Shown: positions 39,360-53,545 of the stretch, piece by piece
How positions within the stretch are numbered: position 1 is the first letter of the stretch
How the letters are laid out: every line of letters starts with the position of its first letter
From: Prorocentrum cordatum
Lineage: Eukaryota
NCBI GenBank assembly: GCA_963575745.1
Contig: CAUYUJ010000152.1
Span: 1-63,965 of the forward strand
Direction: 5' to 3'
Length of the DNA stretch: 63,965 nt
Position numbers and translations under genes: made by a program
Notes under the pieces: model-generated
The model's input: only the letters and a program-made list of their open reading frames with translations
Databases searched by the model: none
Told to the model about the DNA's origin: nothing

Positions 39360-39534
39360 CCCAGAGATCCGATGTCGTGATTTGTTCAATACGGGGTCCC
39401 CGGAAATCTCGACCCATTCCCCAGGACCGGTTTTTCATCCTGAGTCGTTTTCTGACGGCCCCGAGGCCCGGCGAGAGCCCCCAGGGGCCGAACTTTGCGA
39501 AAAACCTCCGTCCTGATTTTCTCAGCGCGTTGGG
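39360..39534. mobile_element. MITE family E copy
   Basis: CCCAGAGATCCG...GTTGGG|TC with the shared core. Confidence 0.75.
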
Positions 39535-39753
39535 TCTCTGAATGTGGAACTTTGCGATCAGTGGAAAACGCTCGGTGACGAAAGGACGGGACGCCGGTGA
39601 CGAAAGGACGGGACGCCGCCCCCGTCACCGGGCAGGCGCGGGGCCCGGGGCGCCCCGGCGGCCCCCAGGCCAGACGGAGGCCCCGGGCGAGCTGCGCCCT
39701 GCCCAGGCCGGCCGCCGGAGGCGCCCGGCGGAGCCCAGAGGTGGCCACTTCCC

Positions 39754-39945
39754 TACGGCAGGTTCGTGTCGTGACGACCCCGGCGTTGGTTTCTGACACT
39801 GCGTGAATCGTTCAACCTTGAACGATCGGCGGCTTTTCGACCGCCCGATCGTTCCATATAAGCCGATTCTGGGCCACTGGCGGCGTTCAACCTTGAACGC
39901 CCGCGCTGGGGTCGCCGCCGGTCGACACGACGCAAACCTACCGTA
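39754..39945. mobile_element. MITE family A, copy 4
   Basis: TA-CGGCAGGTTCGTGTCG...CGCAAACCTACCG-TA. Confidence 0.9.
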
Positions 39946-39977
39946 AGCGACCTGGCAGAAGTCGAGCCACTGTTGAA

Positions 39978-40154
39978 CTCTCCATCGCTCGGACGTCCAT
40001 TCCCTGTGTCTTTTTCGGTTTCGTGCGCGGTTTTTCCGCCGAATGATCAAGGATGATCCTCGATGGTCAAGGATGTTCCTCGATGGTTTTTTCGCAGGAT
40101 GCTCCTCGATGGTCCTCGCCGAAGGAAAAATGCACACGTCCAAGCGATGCCGAG
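39978..40154. mobile_element. MITE family J, copy 3 (4-bp TSD TGAA)
   Basis: TGAA|CTCTCCATCGCTCGGACGT...ACGTCCAAGCGATGCCGAG|TGAA. Confidence 0.88.
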
Positions 40155-41799
40155 TGAACCGCCCGCCATGCGCCTTACGCGGGCCGCCAGCGCGGGGCCC
40201 CAAGTCGGTTCAGATGCAAAGCGGTTTCCGAGGGCGTCAGACGGGCCAGGAATGCCCTAAGACGGCCCAGGAGGGGGACAAGAAGCAGAAAAGGCGCCCA
40301 GGAGGTACAAGGAGGCCCCAAAGAGGGGCCTCCGAGAGGCCCACAAGAAAATCCCAGAAGGCCCAAAGAGTCCTCCTCCTCCTCCTCCTCCTTCTCAATT
40401 TTTCCTCCCTCTCCTCCACCTCTTCTTTTTCCCCCGTGGTTTCCCCAAAAGGGTTTCCGCAACGGCTGGGGGAACACATGGTCCGATGACATGGCAGAGC
40501 GCTCTGGCCACAACGTTCGGCCTCGTGGGCGACTCCAAAAGGCAAGGGGCGGCGGTGATTCGGCGCAGGCGTCTTCGATGATGTTTCCAGGGCTGGGCGG
40601 CAAGCCCTCCGGATCTGGAATCGGTGCCTCGGTGGCCGGTGGTCTCCCGTGTGGCCTCTTGCATGGGTTCCCGCATGGTCTCACGCGAGGCCTCCCGTAT
40701 GGCCTCCCTTCCGCTTACATGAAAGATTTCCCTCGTGGTCTCCCTTGTGGTATCCCTTGTTATCTTCCGTGTGGCTTCTCGTAACTCTGATTTCCGAACC
40801 ACCGGGGATACTCTCTAAACTACTCTTCACTCTCTACGGTGCTCCCTGTAGCGCTCCCTATTGCGAAGGACTGTTCGCAGGCTTCTGCCGCCAAAGGTGC
40901 AGCGTTCTGTTTAGCATCACAACTTGGGCTGGAAGTAGCGGCCCGGGGGCGCTGAAAGTCCCCCCGGGGCCCGACAGCGGAGGAGATGTTTGATTTTTCC
41001 TCGGGCTATCGTCAGAACAATAAATCCCGCGCGTAGCCGACGCGCGACGGAAGGGCCCGATGGGGGCCGAAAGAAGGCGAGGGACGGGCCCCAGGAACGA
41101 CAGACGAACGAGGGGAAGGGGCACGACCGAAGAAGGGGGGCACCGAAACAACGAGGGCCGGGAAGCAGCAAAGTGATGCTGGGAAAGCATGAGAGAGAAT
41201 TCGGCATGCCCATGTCCTGGCTCGTCGGAGGTCTTTCCCTCGCCTCCCCACCCAGGCAATCAGCGCGCTATTCCAACCCGGGCGGCAACAGAGCTATTCC
41301 TCTCTGTGCGAGCCTGGGCAAAGGAAAAAGGCGCATCAGAACTGCGCGAGGTTCCCCAGGCGCAAGCGGGGCGGGCGCTTGCTTCCATTGCGCCTCAGTG
41401 CTCGGGGAGCCTCGCAGTCAACCCAGAGGACAAATAAAAAATGTCGCCCCATAGAGCGGCGCAGAGCGATGCCACCCCACAGCCAGCAACAAAGAGAGAA
41501 GCTAAGCTCTTCATCTCTTGGCAAGCCTGGGCAAAAATGCATCGCAAATAGGCGGGGCAAAGGATTTCGCAAGCGCAATCGGCACGGGTGCTTGCTTCCA
41601 TTGTGCCTCAATGCTTGTAAAATCCTGGCGGTCGGGCAGCCTCTGCTGTAGGCTTGACAGGCTCGACTAGAAGACGTCGACCCGCGGCCCGCAGCAACGA
41701 GAGAAGCAAGGTCGCCTCTTCGTCGCTTGGCGAGCCAGGGCAAGGAATGACGCAGAAAGCAGAAAACCATGGAAGTCTCACAGATCCCTCCTGCGGGTG

Positions 41800-44700
41800 T
41801 CGGCATCCAAGAAACTTCCCGCATCGAGGCAACATAAGAGCGGGAGATGCCCCCCCCCCCACCAATAACCCACCCGCATATATAATAGCCATCTGGCTGC
41901 AGCAACGGCTGCAGCAGCCATTCGGGGCCGAAGCGGGCCTGGACATTGACAACGTCGCGCGGTTTGGGAAACGCGTACATGACGCTGGCACAGCCGACGA
42001 GACAAGCATCTCCGATCGGGCGCTTCACACGTGGACCACGCCCATCGCGCGTGAGCCCCAGGCGGGATGTTGTGCCAGTGGCCCGAGGGGGGCCCAGTGC
42101 AATTCTTAATTTTGCCCTTGGCGTTGCTTCTGGAGGAACCACCACAGCGGCGACAGAAAATAATATCCTGCAGTCTTCGAAGACGGCGCCCCCCCCCCCC
42201 CGTAGGCGGGGGGCATTGGGCGCGCAGAAGGTGGCTCTTGGACACCGAGCTAGCCCAACAGTTCACACATCTAAAACGCCCCACGGAAGGGCCCCAGGAA
42301 TGCCCGCGCAGAGCTCCATGCACAGATCCCGACAACACGAGGGAAGGGGGGGCTGGAACCTGACTGTCCTCATAATCGACAGCCCGAACGAATCTGGGGG
42401 CATTCTTGAGGGCCCATGTAATGCAGCGTCCGATATAACAACCTAGATGCCTAACAAGGGTGTCAGATCGTTTAATCCGATCCTGCTGCGCAGCGTTATG
42501 AAAGTGGAGGTCCGCACCTAGCTTGGCTAATCTATCTTCCTGTCGATTCCCATCATAGTGTGCATCGCTAAGGTCGCCCTTGCGTACCTGGGTGACTCGA
42601 ATTAGATGATAACCAATGTCCGTCGCTAAAAGGTGGGCCTGGACCCATGGGGGGGAACGCTTGGCCGGCCATGGGTGGGGGCTTCATGGCCCGGGGCCCA
42701 GGCGTCAGCGACGCATTGGCAACCGATAACAAACTCATACTGCACAGGCGGGGCAGCATGGGTGAAGTAAAATTGGAGGGCGTAGAGCCCAGCCACAGGA
42801 ACGTCCTGAACAACTGCAGGCATGACACCATTTGCTGCATCATTCAACCTGGGGCGGCCTGGGGCGACAGCCTCGCCAAAGACGCTTCGGCGTCTAGAAG
42901 CAAAGAAACAAATGCCCCATCAGCATCGGAGCGCGAGGAATGACGGCCTAGACATTCCAGCCGTCTCCGCACGCTGGCGACAAGAACAGAGGGCCATCAG
43001 CGGCGCGCCCCCAGACAGGGTCGGGGAAGGGCAGTGCGAGAGGAACGCTACACAGCGGGTCAGGAAGCAATGTCGTGGCCCAGACATGATTGTCACGGCG
43101 CTGACGGAGACGCAGCGCAAGGGCCCGCGTCAGACCAAGCCAGCGTCGAAACTCACTGAGGGCATCGCACTCATGCAATGCGGGGAAAAAAACACAGGGT
43201 CAGCTGGGATCAACTGTCACATGGGGCACCTCGGTTTGAAATAGATTCCCCCCGCCAAGAATGCCCCCGGAGCTCGCTGCTGCAGCGCGCCCCAACCATC
43301 GGTCTTCGTGGACAAAAGAGAGAGAGGGGGGAGGCAGGACCGGGGGGGGGGGGGGCGACACATGACCGAAGGATGGGTGGCGCACAGAGGCTTGCTTCCA
43401 GGCCCGCGCGCAGGCATCGCGGGTCGCAAGAGCTACCAGGTCACGCGGCGTAGTCGTTGCAATAAGCAAATCCACCCCAAGGGAGTTCTGCCGCTGGGCT
43501 GGGGCAACGACCGACCGCCCAATCCTGGGCTGGGTGGCGGCCAGTATCTGGCCTGGCCCCTGTGGGTATGTCCAGAGAGCGACACGTGAAACGGAATCGC
43601 GAGCACGAGGGGCGACTCTGCATCAATGATGCCCTCGGGAAAGACGCGGTTCCAACGAGAGACAGCCCAAAGGCGCACTACTTCTGCGCGAGCGTCCAAG
43701 GCCGGACAGTAACACTCTGTAGAGCCAGGTCCATAGCGACAGATCTGCGCTTGCCTGCGCCGAGCCCCGCATGGTATATGGTCCTAATATGCTGGATATG
43801 GTAAGTACTCAAACCAACCACATCAATGCCATCAGGCACTGTAGGACGCAGGCTCGCGTTAATGTTTCCAGCCGCCGTGGCACCTCCTTTCTGCAGACGC
43901 AATAGACGACGGGCCTTGTCCATGGCTGCCCTCAGCCTGACATTCAGAAGTGGGCGACTCCGACGCCCCCTGCGCAGCTGGAAGTCAATGCCGAGGTTTC
44001 GACATGAGAACTTAACGGCCCCTGATCGGCGCGGGGTCTCTGCCGTCATACTCCTGGCCAACGGCGGGTCAGAGGCGAGGGGCGCGATTTCCTTCTCGGC
44101 CAGCGGAAGTCGGGCAGAGAAGGCGAGCCTACCCATAAGGAGGCGTGGGGCATCCGAGGGCAGCTTCAAGAGCTCCCTCTCATTTCCGATCCCCAGGGCC
44201 TGAGCGTCATCAGCCACCAGCCCCAATTGAAGGCTCGGAAAGACCGCCGAAACAATCCAATTCGGGAACTAGCATACTGTGCGCGCAGATCTGCAAATGA
44301 GCAACCAGCAACAATCGTGATACCCGCACAGGCCCAAGTCCCCACGATTTGGCGCAAGCATACAACGCTAGGCGATCTGTAGAGAGACAAGAACACTCGC
44401 AACAATCTAGGGTTGAAACCAAACTGCGGTGCACGTTTGGTAAGAAGCTTGTGCCTAGCCTGCTAGTGCGCTTTCTTAATGTCAAACAAAAGAGAGAACG
44501 CAGACATGCCCCGTGCAACTGCGCACTCTATAAGCACCCCCGTGCGCCGCGCACATTGCTGGCGCGAGTGAGCGCGCGCGCCACTTGCGCGGGCGGTGGC
44601 GGTGTCGAGCCCAACTCGCGCCATGCGTGTGCCGAAAGAACCGAGTGACATTGCGCGCGAATGCCGTGAATCATGCAACAGTGCGCTCACCACCACCACC

Positions 44701-47700
44701 AGGCTTCGGTCGCAGACTCATCATGCGCGCAGACAGGATGGGAGGAAACCTCCCCGCGCGCAAGACTGCTCTCCATGTGCCAAACAGTGCCAGAAGAGCT
44801 GAGTCCGAGAGTTGGGCGTGGTCATGAGGATGTATTCCGTCCAGTCCGTCAATTGTTCACGCTCTGCATGTCCGACGCATCTGCCTATGGCGCAAGGGGG
44901 CTACCGGCTGGGTGCGCAGGGGGCATCAGCAAGTCCTGGCCGCGACCAGCATGGGCGCCTGCAAGAGGTGCCCAGAGACCGTGCCAGTGGGGGCATCAAG
45001 GGTCAGTGTAGATGCGGAAAAGCCGCCCAACCAACTGAACCCTTCACAAGCGCGGCAGGGCCTCCAACCTGCACTGATTCTATGGCCCAAGAAGTCCAGG
45101 GCTGATAACGCTTAGCTGAAGGCGGCCGCTCCAGAGCTGCAGCCACCGCAGCCAGAGTATCCCGAATCCAGTCAGCAGAACTAAGACCCAGGGAACCAAG
45201 ACGATTGGCATAGTAGCGCCATCACGGCCAATCTGGATGGGAGGGGGGGGGGGGGGGGCCTTCGCGCGACGAGGGGCGATGTCTGCGCAAAGCATGGGCC
45301 GCTCGAGTGAAGGCTCGCAGGGGCTGCTTTCCAGCGAGATGCAAAGGGGGCCCCAAGACGATTCGAGAGATACCCCCAGAGCGCACCTGCGAAAGACGTA
45401 GCCGCGCCACCAGGGAAAAGCCGCGAAAGAGGTGCCCGAATCGCGACAAGAGACTCACCCCGCTTATTATAAACCTGAGGGTCAGGTAGCTGATAGAACC
45501 CAAACAATTCCTCTGCCGAAGTCTTCAGCCAAGCAGACGTGAGACATTCAATACTAGCTACTGTATCGAATTGATCAGGATCTGGAAAGTCACCCCGAGA
45601 CGTCGGGCAGGGAGCACTTCCAACGGGCCTCTGAACTGGCGCGAGAGGAGGACGACAAAGAACATCTACTTACCAAATCAGACTGCACATTGCCACGTAG
45701 AGTCAGGGCAACAGGCTGGCGCTTGGGGGCCAGGGGCGATTCCCAGACCGGACGAGTAGCTGATGCTGCTAAAACTGGATGCACAACGAAATCAGAGATC
45801 ATCGATTGGGCACCTGTGGATGTATAAGCGCAGGAATATGGTGCCACAGTGACGCCACCTAGAAGCGATGAGAATCCGGTGGCCTGCACCCCGCAGGGAG
45901 ACATCTTCAAATCAACTGAAACCACGAAGGGGGTGCCAATGGCCCTCGTGCCAGCTGCTACCTGCAGGGGGAGTTGGGCGCTCCGATCTTCTTTGGACGC
46001 CCGAAGTGGGCACCGAAAGAATGGGTGCAATGCCCAGCGACAAGTGTTGTCCCAAACCAACGGCAGCCGCTGTTTGGCAGGCGGCCTCCTGTCTCGAATG
46101 GGCACAGGCCGCGGCGGCGCGGACAGCGAGTCCTGTTCAAAATGAACAGGAATTGCTGTTGGGCATTGTACCCTTTCTTTCGGTGCACATGTCGGGCGCC
46201 CAGATCTTCAGCGCATGTGTGCATGAAAATCTTGGCCCGCGGGATCCCGGCATCAATCGCCCCATGCCAGAGCTTGACGATTCAGCGTTCAGCGGAAGGC
46301 ATAGCGACTGAGGAATCGAAGACCATATCCGAAAACGATCTGGCGTAGCGCGGTACTGAACCAACACCAGAGCTCAGCCCGCCTTTAGCCGTGAGGATGG
46401 AAGGGCGCACGCGGGCGTGATTGCCGTGCTTGCGGGCTCGGTTGACTGCGAACTCAACGGGTTCAGCAGGGCGACGGAGTCCCCGAATGCCAACTGCATC
46501 GAACTGGTCTCCAAAAGCCTCCAGGAATAATCATGCGTTTGGCCGAGAGGTTCGGTTGACCGTCGTTAGGACCCAGTCGTGGCGAGGCTTTCTGACTTTG
46601 ACGAAGGCTGATTAACCAAGAGGGGTCTCGTCATCGCTGAAGCTCTTGCCGTAGAGCGGAGGGTGGCGTGGGCGCAATGCCGTCAGTGGATGCAGGCTTT
46701 CCACGTCCTCTCCCCTCAACAACGCTAGCGTGCTCCGATGGATCCGATGGGGCTGCGCCCGAGGCGTTCGCGACGTCGGCAGTCTCGGCGTCGGCCGCGT
46801 CTGTTCCATCCGACTGATCGACTGCAGCAGAGAGAGCAGGGGGCGGCATGGCAGGGCGTTTCGGCCGCGGCGGCGGCAGGAAGGAAGTGCGTCCAAGGCC
46901 AACTCCCATCTTAGACTGCCTACATGTGGAATCAACGGCCATGGGCTGAACGCGAACGGGTTCTACTGACTTGGGCCTCGGGGGGCCTGGGGCAGCAGGG
47001 CCATCCGAGTCCTGAGATGCTGGCGCCGATGCTGGAAGGCCCTGGAACTTGTTCTCCCAGGAGGCAATGTGTCGCGGGCTGTCTGTTTCTGCCTTGTTAC
47101 CGGGGAAACGCGACCAGCCTGCAAGGACATGGTGGACTCATCGGTCTCACGGATCTGATCAGTGAGCTTGTCGTACTGCTTACTGGCCCAGTGATGATAG
47201 ACCGCGCGCTTCTGGGGAACGGTAAGCATCTCTGCCTTCTGAACCCGAAGTGACTGCAACTCACCCTGGAGAACTGCAATGCGTGACAACATATGCCTGG
47301 TCGATGGGAGAGCCCTGCGCGCGTCCAAGTGACTCTGGGGAGTTTGAATAATATCATCAATGTCTGCAACCGTAAACTCATTGCCGTTAGCGTCAACGCC
47401 CAGGCCGCGGTCATCATCGTAGTCGTCGTCGATCTCATCGCGATAATCAGCCCAGAAACCACGATTGCCGCCACCATCGCCGAGACCGTCATCACCAGAA
47501 TCCTCTCCAAAACGATCCTGACCCTCCTCATCCAGAGAAGATTCAAGACGCCCATCGAGAGATCGCAGGGGCGGAGTGCGTGGGGAAGAGAGCCGGCGTG
47601 GCAGGCATGGCTGGGCTGGGCTCCCTTCCGCGAGCGCGTCCCCCTTTCTTGTCTGGCTTTCCTCCCGTAGCCTGTCCTCTGGAACTGTTTGGTTTTCCTC

Positions 47701-47954
47701 CCGTAGCCTGTCCTCTGGAGCGGCCAGGAAAAGAGTCATACAAACTTTGCACTTCTGGTGGGGGCTGGTGTCGGGTATCCGAGAGACTATCCCAGCATCG
47801 CGGCAAGTTAAGCACACAAGATATCCCATTCCCCGCGGCCGCGCGCGCGCGGTCAGCTGTCGACCAAGGGCGGGCTCTCGAGCCTGCCCCTTGGCAGCGA
47901 CCAAGCTTCAAGCCTCAGGGCATGGTTTGGAACTTGAGCGCACATGGCTAGGGA
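41800..47954 (-). mobile_element. Near full-length decayed LINE: SL relic, ORF1, AP endonuclease, RT, RNase H-like domain
   Basis: ORF1 MGYLVCLTC...KCKVC (ATG 47829); endonuclease end MISDFVVHPVL (~45790); RT traces LLFDIKKAH (~44480), ITIVAGCSFA, LVADDAQAL (~44210), RNLGIDF (~43990); RNase H-like ATPRAKL and VVNVQAR (~42130-41940). Confidence 0.8.
47933..47954 (-). other. Degenerate spliced-leader relic (18 of 22 match) at the LINE 5' end
   Basis: TCCCTAGCCATGTGCGCTCAAG versus TCCGTAGCCATTTTGGCTCAAG. Confidence 0.85.
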
Positions 47955-49135
47955 ACAGCGGAGAAGAGGAGGAGGGGACACAAGGGGGGGAGGGACGAAG
48001 GAGGGACAGGAGGGAGGCGGTGGAGGGAGGCAGGAGGGAGGGAACGAAAGGGAGGGAAGGGGGGAAGGAGGGAGGCAGGAGGGGGGGCGTGGCGGAGAAG
48101 GGAAGGAGGAGGGAGTCAGGGCCCTGCATCCTCCCTGCCCCCTGCCGGCCCACACGAGGCGCCGCGCGATCCTTCCCGAACGCTTTCACGGCCTCGGGGG
48201 CAGAGGGCAGGGGCCGCGGCTCGGGTCGGGCGCCCGGCGCCCGCGTTCGCCGAACCAGCCAGGCGGCGGAGAGGGCAGCAGGCAAGATGACCTCTCCATC
48301 CTCGCTCCCCCCCCTCCACCGCCCTCTGCCATGCTCCTCCTCCTGCTGCTGCTGCTTCCTCCTCTTCCGTGTGCCCTTCGCTTTCCTCCTCCTCCTCCTC
48401 CTGCACCCTCGGTTCCTCCGCCCTCTCGTCCTGCCGCATCTTCTTCCGCCCTCCTTCTCCCCCTCCTCCGCTTCCGCCGTTCCTCTCCCCCTCCTCCTCC
48501 TCCTCTCCCTCCTCCTCCTCTTCCTCCTCCTCCTCTCCCTCCTCCTCCTCCTCCTCCTCCTCCTCCTCCTCCTCTGTTTCTTCTTATTATTCTTCTGCAT
48601 ATGCTTATGCTTCTGCTTATTCTTCTTATTCTGATTAGTATTCCTCTTCTTCCTCCCTCCTCCTCCTCCTCCTCCTGCTCCTCCTCCTCCTCCCCCCGTC
48701 CTCTTCCTCCTCCTCCTCCTCCTCCTCATTCTCCCCTTCTTTTTCCCCTCCTCCTCCTCCTCCTCTCCATCTTTTCTCCCGTAGGCTCTGCTGCTGCAGC
48801 TCCCCCGGCCGACGGACCAACGCCTCCTTTCCGTCATGTCCGTGCGGGTGTCTGCTTGGGAACTAATGCCCTGCCGCAGCCTTGCGACCTGGAGGGCGCA
48901 CTGGGCCCACCCTACCAGCGGACTCTCAATCTACGACGCTGCCGTCCTTCGAAGCAACACGAACCGCCCGTCTACGACTGCCTCGCGATCGAAGGCAACT
49001 GTAGCCCGCACGCCCACATGGCGCAGAGCCCGCAGGCAGGCGAACGACTATCCAGCTGCATCGACGTCCTCGACGCCGCCGCGGTCGCGGTCGCCGTCGT
49101 CGTCCTCTCCGCCGCCGCCATCGTCAGCGCCATGA

Positions 49136-49366
49136 TTGGGCGCCCGAGTTATCCGGGATAACTCGGGTCCGGGGTAACTCGGGTTTGGATTCCCGAAAAA
49201 GGAGCCCGAGTTATCCCTGACCCGAGTTACCCCTGATGATTCGGGGCTCTTGGACGCCCGATTCATCCGGGGTAACTCGGGTCCGGGGTAACTCGGGTTT
49301 GGATTCCCGAAAAGCGAACCCGAGTTATCCCTGACCCGAGTTACCCCTGATGATTCGGGGCTCTGA
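49136..49366. mobile_element. Family B element: 2 tandem palindromic units, 5-bp TSD CATGA
   Basis: CATGA|TTGGGCGCCCGAG...GGGGCTCTGA|CATGA; 231 bp. Confidence 0.92.
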
Positions 49367-50176
49367 CATGACGCCACCGCGCCGCCGCCGCCGCCGACTT
49401 CGCTGCCGTCGGCGTCGCTGCTGCCGGCCTCGCCGCCGCTGCCGACCGCCCCCATCGCTCGTCGGCGAGCGCGGGGGCGCGGCGCCTCGAGCGCCGCCGC
49501 CTTCCGCCGCGCCTCGGAGCGGTAGAAGGCCGCCAGCACCAGGGCGCACGCTGCGCCGATCCCTGCCGAGGCAGCGCGCGCGCGCATGGCGGCGGCGGCG
49601 GCGAGGGCGCCGTCGACGACGACGAGGGCGTCGACGACGGCGGCGCCGACGACGCGCGGACGGCGGACTGGCGGACAACGACGACGGACGACGTCGTCGA
49701 CGGCGGTGACGCCGACGACTACGGCGGCGACGACAACGGGCACGGCATGCCGACGGAGGCGGCGGCGACGTTGACGACGACTGCGGCAACGACGCAGACG
49801 ACGACGGGGACGCAAACGACGACGACGACGGACGGACGACGGCGACGACGTTGACGACTACAGAGGCGCTGGCGGCGGCAGCGGCGGAGCGGCCAGAAAC
49901 AATGAGGGGGATGGGGTATGGGGGGGGGGTATGGGGAGAAAGACAAGCGAAAAGCATGCGCGCCGTATCTAAGATCTTACATCTCCCACCACTCCCTTCC
50001 CATTGCGCTGCTATTCTTCTATCCGACGACGGGTGTCCTAGCGGACCTGGATCCCGGAAGGGACCCTATCGTGCGATGTATAAGCAGAGAGGGGAGCTGT
50101 GCACACTGGAGGAGGAAGATGTGTCGGATGAACAGGGGTATGACGAAGGAGGAGGGAGTGGAGGAGGATGAGGAGG

Positions 50177-50208
<32 letters not shown>

Positions 50209-51295
50209 GAGCGGGAGGAGCAAGACGACTAGGGGAAGGCGGATGAAGGGAAAGGAGCGGGCGACAACGACGAGGACGAAAGCGACTCCAGAACTGTAGC
50301 CCGCGCTGCGGCGAGAGCGCCAGTCTGAACGACGGGGGCAAAGTGCCGATCCTGGAGTTAGGCCAACGATGCGGCGTGAACATCGCTTTTGAAAGCACAG
50401 GGCCAATCCGATGCGAGACAATACACAATACATGTGACACATCTTATGTTGAACTCCTCCTATGTGAAAAGCATTACGTTGGAGTGGCGGGGCCACGAAC
50501 ACATAAGTTCAGGTGAGGGAGGAAAACAACATTCATGTTGAGCAGCTGTCGGGGAGGGCATGGGTGGGGAGGAGGGGAGGAGGACGAGGACGAGGAGGGA
50601 GCATCAGCAAGACGACGACGACAGCGGTTCAGGTGGCGGCGGCGACGGTGAAGGCGAGGACGGAGGTGACGACGACGAAGCTGCCACCCAGTCCCTCGCC
50701 GCCCGCACGGCGGCCTTCGCAGACCAAGAACGGGGAGATCCAGCCGCTCTCCGAGCGTGCCTGGGGGGGAAGGGGTGAAGGTGGCGGAGGGGAGACGAAC
50801 GCTCTCTTCGCATTGCACAAGCTCTGGTTAGGTAGCCGTAGCGTCAAGGGGAATGGCTCCTCCTCCTCCTCCTCCTCCTCCTCCTCCTCCTCCTCCTCCA
50901 ACACCTCCTCCTCCTCCTCATCATCGGCGTCCTGGCCCACCTCATCCTGGCTCCTCGCTCCTCGCTCCTGGCTCCTCCTCCTCCTTCCCCTGGGCAGAGG
51001 CCTGTTGCTCCTCTTCCTCCATCTCCTCCTCCTCCTGGCTCCTCCTGTTCATGGGGGCTGGGGGGAAGGGGGGAGGAGGGGAAGGAGGGGAGGGGAGTTG
51101 AGGCGTAGAAGACGAGGGCAAATGGGGGCAGCCTTCGGGGTGTCTCAGACATCTCCTGAGTGCTGAACCTCCCACGGTGGCCTCCCGATCGCTTTGAAAA
51201 AAACCCACGACGAACTCGAAATGCCTGGAACTACTCTATGTCGTTTTGCTACATTGCGGAACATCCTGGGGCCTGGGGTCGCGGGAGAGACTCTG

Positions 51296-51680
51296 CAAAG
51301 CTCGGGCTAAATCGTGTTGTTTGTGTTCGCTTTGTGTTCGTGCTCCTTCGGTTTGGATTCGTTCCACGACGCTGCGAAACGGATTCAAAACGAGCGCGAT
51401 CCACGACATCGCCCACACGTCGTTTAGCTCGAGCCCTGGATCAACATGGGAACGGGAGCTGCGAAAAGACGGACGATCCCAACGGCACATCACGTACGAC
51501 ACATGGGTACTGATACGGGACGTCCTCGGATTCAAAACGAACGCGGTCCACGACATCGTCTAAAACATCGTTTAGCTCGAGCCCTGGATCAACATGGGAA
51601 CGGGAACTGCGAAACGACGGACGATCTCAACAACACATCGCGTACGACACATGGGTGCTGACACGGAACGTCCTCGAACG
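51296..51680. repeat. Family I element with a ~148-bp tandem duplication of its right end plus flank
   Basis: Two copies of ATTCAAAACGA..TTTAGCTCGAGCCCTGGATCAACATGGG..; homologous to 60083-60226. Confidence 0.75.
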
Positions 51681-52094
51681 CGATGCTCTTGCGTGCTCGC
51701 CGTGCGCAGCGAAGCTGACCAATCTGTGCATCACATATGCGTGTACCGTCGGTGGAATGGCGGCTGGGTTCGGTGCAGTGCGCATGTGTGTACACACCTG
51801 TGTACGTTTATCCAGATATACGTATGCATACGTATACGTATGTATGCACACATGGGTGTACGTAACTCGGCCGATCCATCACACACACACACACACGCAC
51901 GTGTAGATGTACGCACGTACGCGCATGTATGTGCGTATGTGTATGTGTTTATGTAATGGCGCACCAAAAGCCCCAGAACCCACCATCGGTCTTTGACATC
52001 TTCATTCGTAGTCTTACTGACCATCCGCCTTCTTTTCACACGTGCCTGCTGATAAATCCGTCCTGTTCGTCATTTATCCGCTGTTTTCTCATGC

Positions 52095-53545
52095 TGGAAT
52101 CTAAAGGGAATGAGCTGGATCTGGGATCAGCTCCGTTCCAATTCGGTCCGACGTCGATTCTAAAAGGAATCCACGTGGATCCAGTTGGATCTGAGACGTG
52201 CCACATTACAAGTCGACTCTGACCATATTCTAATAAGAATCCCGTTGGAATCAGCTGGATCTGGCTCTGTTCGTTTACATTGTGATGCTAATTCGGTTCA
52301 AACTCGGGATCCACTTGGAATCAGCTGGATCTGGGGCCTGTCCAAGTCGAAACCAATCTTAATACGATTCCACTAATAAAATCAACTGTACCTGGAATAT
52401 GTTCCGTTCCAATTCGGCCCTAATGCTGTTCCAACAGGAATCGCATTGGAGCCAAGCGTATCTGGGCCCTGCCCCCTCCCAGATAGATTCTAAAGGAGCC
52501 AATTTGGAATCAGCAAGATCTGTAATCTACCCAGTTCCAATTCGATTGTATTCCGATTGCTCTGGGAAGAAATTGGATTCAGTTGGATCCTGGATACGCC
52601 CAACTCCAATTAACGTCTAACTCGGTTCCAATAGTAATCAAACTGGACTCAGCTGGATCTGGGATCAACTCAGTGTCAGCTCGGTTTTAATTCGGTTCCG
52701 ATAAGACCCAATTCAAATCGGTTGGATCTGGGATCTTATCGATTCTAAGTATATTCCAACAGGAATGACATCACCATCAGATGGATCTGGGATCTGCTCA
52801 ATTCCAATCAGATCCCAAGAGAAATCTAAGTGGAATCGGCTTGACCTGGGATCTGCTCGGTTCCATTTCGATTATATAGGTCCCAATAATAAGAATAAGC
52901 CAATGGGAATCAGCTGGCTATGACATTTGCTAAGCGCCACTTACTGTTTACATATATTCCAATAGGAATTCCATTGAGATCAATTGGATATGGGACCTGC
53001 TCAATTCGAGTAAAATCGTAAACACGATTAGCCAACGAGAAACCCATTGTAACCAGCTGTATCTAGGATCCGCTCTGCCCCGATTTGACCATAATTCGAC
53101 CCCACTAGAATCCCAGTGTACTTAGCTGAATCCCCAATGAGGCCTTCAGAAGCCTCCCTTGTTCCGTTTCTGGCGAGATCCGGGAAACCTGGCGAATCTG
53201 GCGAGATATTCCAAACCAACGCCTTCGCGTGGGACATCCTCAGAAAAACCGGCCACCTGCTGGTTTCCGGCGAGATCTGGGAAATCCGGCGAATCCGGCG
53301 ACATCCTCAGAAGAACCGGCCCCCGGAGCCTCCCCAAAGAAGCCCTCAGACCCCTTTTTTTTTTTTTTTTTTTTTTTTGTTTTTTTTTGTTTTTGTTTTT
53401 GCGAGATCCAGGAAATGATCCGGCGAATCTGGCGACGAATTCCAACCTGACGCCCTCACGTGCGACATCCTGAGAAAAACGGGGCCCGGGAGCCTCCCCA
53501 AGGAGACCCTCAGAAGAACCCCCTGTTCCGTTTCAGGCGAGATCC
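52095..53545. repeat. Two adjacent degenerate tandem arrays (GGAATCAGCTGGATCTGGGA-type, then GCGAGATCCGGGAAA..GGCGAATC-type)
   Basis: Recurring units visible at 52095-53130 and 53146-53545. Confidence 0.7.

Noticed and set aside
49380..49590. Possible gene start MRARAASAGIGAACALVLAAFYRSE (signal-anchor-like)
   Set aside because: Embedded in GAC/GGC low-complexity sequence, and the frame hits a stop right after family B is removed.
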